Assembly: GCA_041690595.1 (NCBI GenBank)
Contig: JAWLHB010000060.1
Coordinates: forward strand, 1-40,772
Reading direction: 5' to 3'
DNA from: Lentisphaeria bacterium
GTDB lineage: Bacteria > Verrucomicrobiota > Lentisphaeria > JABSQK01 > JAWLHB01
DNA length: 40,772 nucleotides
The first letter of the stretch is position 1, and the number at the start of each line of letters is the position of its first letter. The notes below the pieces were generated by a model. It ran no database searches. It was not told the origin of the DNA and saw only the letters and a program-made list of their open reading frames with translations. The position numbers and the translations under genes are program-made. Shown here in pieces: positions 37,184 to 40,772 of the stretch.

Positions 37184-37220
37184 ACTTTATGAATATGCCC
37201 ATGAATATGCAAGAATATTT
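37184..37220 (-). promoter_or_regulatory. Sigma70-like promoter of the sulfatase operon overlapped by direct repeats
   Basis: Minus strand TTGCAT-N17-TAAAGT (37212-37184); plus strand ATGAATATGC twice (37189, 37201) plus AAGAATATTT (37211). Confidence 0.5.
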
Positions 37221-37321
37221 TCAGGAAATAGTTTGCGCCCTCCAACGCCTGACCTCCTCGCCGTTATCCTCAACGGCCGGCGTCGCCCCCAACTGGAGCC
37301 GCTCCCCGAGCGGCGCAGCCC

Positions 37322-37436
37322 CAATGTGGGAGGGGCTCTCCGAGCCGCGACTTGTGCAATGCCATCCCCCCACATGATCACAATTACCCCCGCCTTAGCC
37401 TCGGCAGGCCCGACAACGTGTGAGGTCCTCTCCGCG
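37322..37436. repeat. Diverged copy (about 1.2 units) of the 93-bp GTGGGAG REP-like unit
   Basis: CAATGTGGGAGGGGCTCTCCGAGCCGCGACTTG…GCCATCCCCCC…GCCTCGGCAGGCCCG aligns to 40391-40603. Confidence 0.8.
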
Positions 37437-37452
37437 CCCCCCCCCGCTCCTT

Positions 37453-37480
37453 CTCTGCGCTCTTTGCGCTCTTTGTGGTT
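37453..37480. repeat. 9-bp periodic repeat (CTYTGYGST x3)
   Basis: ctctgcgct ctttgcgct ctttgtggt; a related element lies in inverse orientation at 40643-40669. Confidence 0.6.
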
Positions 37481-37523
37481 AATCCTCCTGCATGTCCCCC
37501 GCCTCCACTTCCCATCCCCATAG

Positions 37524-37623
37524 CTTGTCGGGATCTGGAGATCCGATCTCCGGAACCCGACAAGAGTATCGAGGGGTCTGGGGAGGTGCGCCTCCCCAGC
37601 GGGGTCCGGGGCAGCGCCCCGCT
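37524..37623. repeat. Long hairpin plus copy 2 of the 52-bp REP-like element
   Basis: CTTGTCGGG-a-TCTGGAGAT-ccg-ATCTCCGGA-a-CCCGACAAG (37524-37564), followed by 37572-37623 matching 3541-3592. Confidence 0.85.
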
Positions 37624-37737
37624 TCCGTCTCCGCCCCGCGTCCGTCTCCTCCCCCGCCCCGCTGAGATTGCAAACCAGTCACCAACCGCTATCTTCAGCC
37701 TGTCCCACACACCTCGGCACACAGAAGGATCGCAACC

Positions 37738-38985
37738 ATGCATCTGAGCGCGAAAGACAGAGAGATCTTGAGGCCTTTGGCTGAACGGTACAGCGACATT
37801 GCGCACCTGGACATTCAGCAGGAGCGCACCGAGCGCTACTTCAGAACCAACGCTCTGGAGCAGGTCCGCCCGGTCATCCTGATCGACGAGGTGCCGTGGG
37901 GCGAAATCAAGGATGACGCGCTCACGAATGTTTGCGCGCCCGAGCTGGCATGGATCGAGTCTCACCTGCGACGCACCCTTTATCAGTGGGAGCATTTCCA
38001 GGTCGATCTCGTGGTGCCGCCGGTCTATCGCGTCAACAAGCACAGACGCCAGCTGCGCGACATCGGCGTACAGGTACAGGACCAGCAGATCAAGGGCGAT
38101 ACGGGTACCTACGCCGCCGCGCACGCCTACACTGATCAGCTCCAGACCGAGGACGATCTCGCCAAGCTGCGCGATCCCAACATTGTTTATGATCAGGCCG
38201 CCTCCGACGAAGCCCATGCCGTCGCCTCCGACCTCTTTGCCGGGCTCATGGACGTCGCACTCGTCGGACAGAATGCGCTGACCGCCAACATCTGGGACAG
38301 CATTGCCATGTACCGGGGCGTCAACAACCTGCTCTTCGACCTCGTCGAGCGCCCCGACTTCATGCACAAGACCGCCAGGCGCTTCATGGAGATCGCCCAG
38401 GCGCAGTTCAGACAACTCGAGGAGCAGGAGCTGCTCGATCCCCATGCTTACCTCCTTCATTGCACCCCCGCCTGCTCCCGCGAGCTTCCCGCGGCCGATT
38501 GCGCCGGTCACATCCGGCCAAAGGATGTCTGGGGACGTTGCGCCGCCCAGATCTTCTGTTCCGTCTCCCCCGACATGCACGACGAATTCGACCTTGCCTA
38601 CAACCAGCAGTTGTTCAAGGAGAGCGGCCTCCTCTACTACGGTTGCTGCGAACCGATGGACCGCAAGATCGACCTCCTGCGCAAGCGATTCACCAATCTC
38701 CGCAAGATCTCGATCACCCCATGGGCCGACGCACGCCGGGCAGCGGAGCGCATCGGCCGCGACTACGTACTCGCCGCCAAGCCCAATCCCGCCTTCGTCG
38801 CCTCCCCCCAGTTCAATCCCGAACCCGTGAAGCAGGAAATCGCCCGCTACTGCGAAGCTTGCCGCGAGCACGGCACCACCCTCGAGTTTGTCCTCAAGGA
38901 TATCAGCACCATCGCCAACAATCCCGACAACCTGACCCAATGGGCCGCCACCGTCAACGCCACCATCGACCACTACTACTCCTGA
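37738..38985 (+). CDS. Conserved hypothetical protein, distant URO-D/methyltransferase TIM-barrel-like
   Basis: YRGVNNLLFDL.E.P.F.H, AQIF.SVSP.MHDEF, YYGCCEP…LRKISITPWAD and KPNP motifs. Confidence 0.7.
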   Translation: MHLSAKDREILRPLAERYSDIAHLDIQQERTERYFRTNALEQVRPVILIDEVPWGEIKDDALTNVCAPELAWIESHLRRTLYQWEHFQVDLVVPPVYRVNKHRRQLRDIGVQVQDQQIKGDTGTYAAAHAYTDQLQTEDDLAKLRDPNIVYDQAASDEAHAVASDLFAGLMDVALVGQNALTANIWDSIAMYRGVNNLLFDLVERPDFMHKTARRFMEIAQAQFRQLEEQELLDPHAYLLHCTPACSRELPAADCAGHIRPKDVWGRCAAQIFCSVSPDMHDEFDLAYNQQLFKESGLLYYGCCEPMDRKIDLLRKRFTNLRKISITPWADARRAAERIGRDYVLAAKPNPAFVASPQFNPEPVKQEIARYCEACREHGTTLEFVLKDISTIANNPDNLTQWAATVNATIDHYYS

Positions 38986-39024
38986 TCTCGATAACCGCCC
39001 ACTCTGCTGTGCGAGGAGACGAGA

Positions 39025-40326
39025 ATGAGATTCCCACGCTTCAAGACGGTCTCGCGGTGGCTCCTTCCAGTTGCCATGTTGTTCATGGTTATCGGTTCAA
39101 ATCGGTCGGACAGAGTTGACCCGGAGATTCCGGGTATCAGCCAGCGAGTCAACGATTTCACCATCGATCTCCTGAAACATCAGGCGAAGAGCGAAGACTT
39201 TCCCACAAACTCCATATTCTCCCCTCAAAGCATCTTCCACGGCTTGGCCATGAGCTACATCGCCAGCGATCAGGATACACGAGAGGAGCTGCGGCAGGTC
39301 CTTCACTTTCCGGAGCAGAACCAAGAGCTGCTCAAGGATCTCGCTGACCTGCGAAAGCAATTGCACCAGGCCGACAGCAAGCGAATCGAGATGACGATGG
39401 CCAATTCCGTTTGGCTCGACAATACCCACGCGGATTTTCGAGATGAATACGTGGATCAGGTGCAGGACGCCTTTGGCGCTTCCCTTCATCAGGTCACCTT
39501 TGCGCACAAGCAGCGCGTCAGTGACGACATCAACAAGTGGGTGTCGCAAGCGACTCGCGGCAAGATACAGAAGAGCGTCGCCCCAAGTGACTTCGAGCCT
39601 CGGAGCCAGCTTGGCATCGTTGACGAACCGGCTCTCGTCACGGTAAATGCCGTCTACTTCAAGTCGGACTGGAGCAGCCGCTTCGACAAAGCCTCGACCC
39701 AGGACCGGATCTTCCATACCGGTAAGGCAACCACGGTGGAAACTCCGATGATGCACCAGCAATCTTTGCTGCCCTACTTCGAGAATGACCACCTCAAGTT
39801 CCTTGAGCTACCCTATGTAGACAACCACTATTCCATGTATCTCATCTTGCCCAGGGAGATCGTCGACATCCGGCAGCTGATACAGACCATCACAAGCAAC
39901 CAGATCGTTGAAATGCGGCAACGGGCCTACCGGCACAAAGTAGATGTTCTCCTGCCGAAGTTCGAACTGAGGACTCATCTCGGCGTAAAGGACGCTCTCT
40001 CCGCAATGGGCGTGCGTGCGGCCTTCAGCAACCGGAATGCCGATTTCGACAAGATGATAATCAAGAAGAATGACGCGTTTCGCATCCATATCTCGCAGAT
40101 CTATCACGATGCCTGGATCGATGTACACGAAGACGGAACCAAAGCAGCGGCAGCAACATCGACAGGGCATTTCTCTTTCGGTTGCAGTGCCGCGCCGCTG
40201 CCGATGTCGGTGCACTTTCATGCCGATCATCCCTTCCTCTTCATGATCGTCCACAACGGCAGCCGCAGTATTCTCTTTGCGGGATGGATATCCAACCCAG
40301 AGAACTCGCACCCACCCGACAAGTGA
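39025..40326 (+). CDS. Secreted serpin (serine protease inhibitor)
   Basis: N.IFSP.SI, ANSVW, INKWV…T.GKI, NAVYFK..W…F, LPKF, hinge EDGTKAAAAT and serpin signature FHADHPFLFMI; N-terminal signal-like segment. Confidence 0.95.
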   Translation: MRFPRFKTVSRWLLPVAMLFMVIGSNRSDRVDPEIPGISQRVNDFTIDLLKHQAKSEDFPTNSIFSPQSIFHGLAMSYIASDQDTREELRQVLHFPEQNQELLKDLADLRKQLHQADSKRIEMTMANSVWLDNTHADFRDEYVDQVQDAFGASLHQVTFAHKQRVSDDINKWVSQATRGKIQKSVAPSDFEPRSQLGIVDEPALVTVNAVYFKSDWSSRFDKASTQDRIFHTGKATTVETPMMHQQSLLPYFENDHLKFLELPYVDNHYSMYLILPREIVDIRQLIQTITSNQIVEMRQRAYRHKVDVLLPKFELRTHLGVKDALSAMGVRAAFSNRNADFDKMIIKKNDAFRIHISQIYHDAWIDVHEDGTKAAAATSTGHFSFGCSAAPLPMSVHFHADHPFLFMIVHNGSRSILFAGWISNPENSHPPDK

Positions 40327-40390
40327 GCCTGAGCCCCCCTGTATGAGTTCAAGGCAAGAGGCATTCAACCTTGCCGAGGTGGCATTTGCT

Positions 40391-40603
40391 CAATGTGGGA
40401 GGGGTTCTCCGAACCGCGACTTGGGCTATGCCATCCCCCCGCGTGAGCACCATTCCCCCAGCCTTCAGCCTCGACAGGCCCGGCAATGCAGGAGAGGTTC
40501 TCCAAACCGCGACTTGGGCTATGCCATCCCTCCACGTGAGCACCATTCCCCCAGCCTTCTGCCTCGACAGGCCCGGCAGCGTGGGAAGGGTCCTCCCCGC
40601 CGC
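40391..40603. repeat. Tandem 93-bp REP-like repeat (about 2.3 units)
   Basis: Units start at 40391, 40484 and 40577 (exact 93-bp period); unit 1 begins CAATGTGGGAGGGGTTCTCCGAACCGCGA and the others are variants of it. Confidence 0.9.
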
Positions 40604-40642
40604 GTGTCACTCTCGTGGCGGGATCCAAACCGCACACATTTC

Positions 40643-40669
40643 ACCACGAAGTACACGAAGAGCACGAAG
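40643..40669. repeat. 9-bp periodic repeat (NNCACGAAG x3)
   Basis: accacgaag tacacgaag agcacgaag. Confidence 0.6.
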
Positions 40670-40772
40670 GTTAACCCAACTTCAGCATAAGTGACGGCTG
40701 AAATGGCGATTTTTGAGCCTTTTGTGCGGACCACAGGCTCAAGCGGTTTCATTTCTGGCGAAATAGTGACTG

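Noticed and set aside
29460..37192. Long plus-strand ORFs (1048, 351, 794 and 441 aa)
   Set aside because: Antisense to well-supported operon genes; Arg/Pro-rich with no motifs.
37384..38973. 529-aa minus-strand ORF
   Set aside because: Antisense shadow of 37738-38985 that runs into repeat DNA.
38986..40390. Serpin as an integron cassette
   Set aside because: No convincing attC (RYYYAAC…GTTRRRY) flanks and no integrase in the window.
40391..40603. CRISPR array or coding repeat
   Set aside because: The intervening sequences are near-identical rather than unique spacers; ORFs across it have no RBS or recognisable protein features.

Overview
GC-rich bacterial chromosomal window. The gene content (Zn-ribbon Ser/Thr kinase, DUF4838-like protein, sulfatase, URO-D-fold paralogues, FSLVE-type pilin) suggests the PVC superphylum, possibly Lentisphaerota; this is inference. 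It holds about 27 complete genes and one partial gene. In order: a rhombosortase next to its GlyGly-CTERM VIT/vWA target, behind a sigma54 promoter with an NtrC-like site; a SAM methyltransferase; marC; thyA-folA; a membrane Ser/Thr kinase; an orphan murG with URO-D-like and YkgJ/FliB-like genes; a GH38 mannosidase; an acidic HEAT-repeat protein; a kinase-less signalling/pilus cluster (membrane protein, PilB/GspE ATPase fused to a receiver domain, Cys-rich DUF6901-like protein, stand-alone Hpt, CheW, MCP) with a divergent pseudopilin; ric/ytfE with a perfect operator; a six-gene sulfatase/GH65-like/FAD-oxidoreductase/DUF4838/O-acetylesterase/epimerase operon; a second URO-D-fold gene; and a secreted serpin. 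Intergenic spaces carry several REP-like palindromic repeat families (74-bp and 93-bp tandem arrays, a 52-bp dispersed element). No transposase, CRISPR, rRNA or tRNA was seen. The best candidate for an undescribed system is the Hpt/PilB-REC phosphorelay cluster. Family names were assigned by recognising motifs by eye, not by database search.
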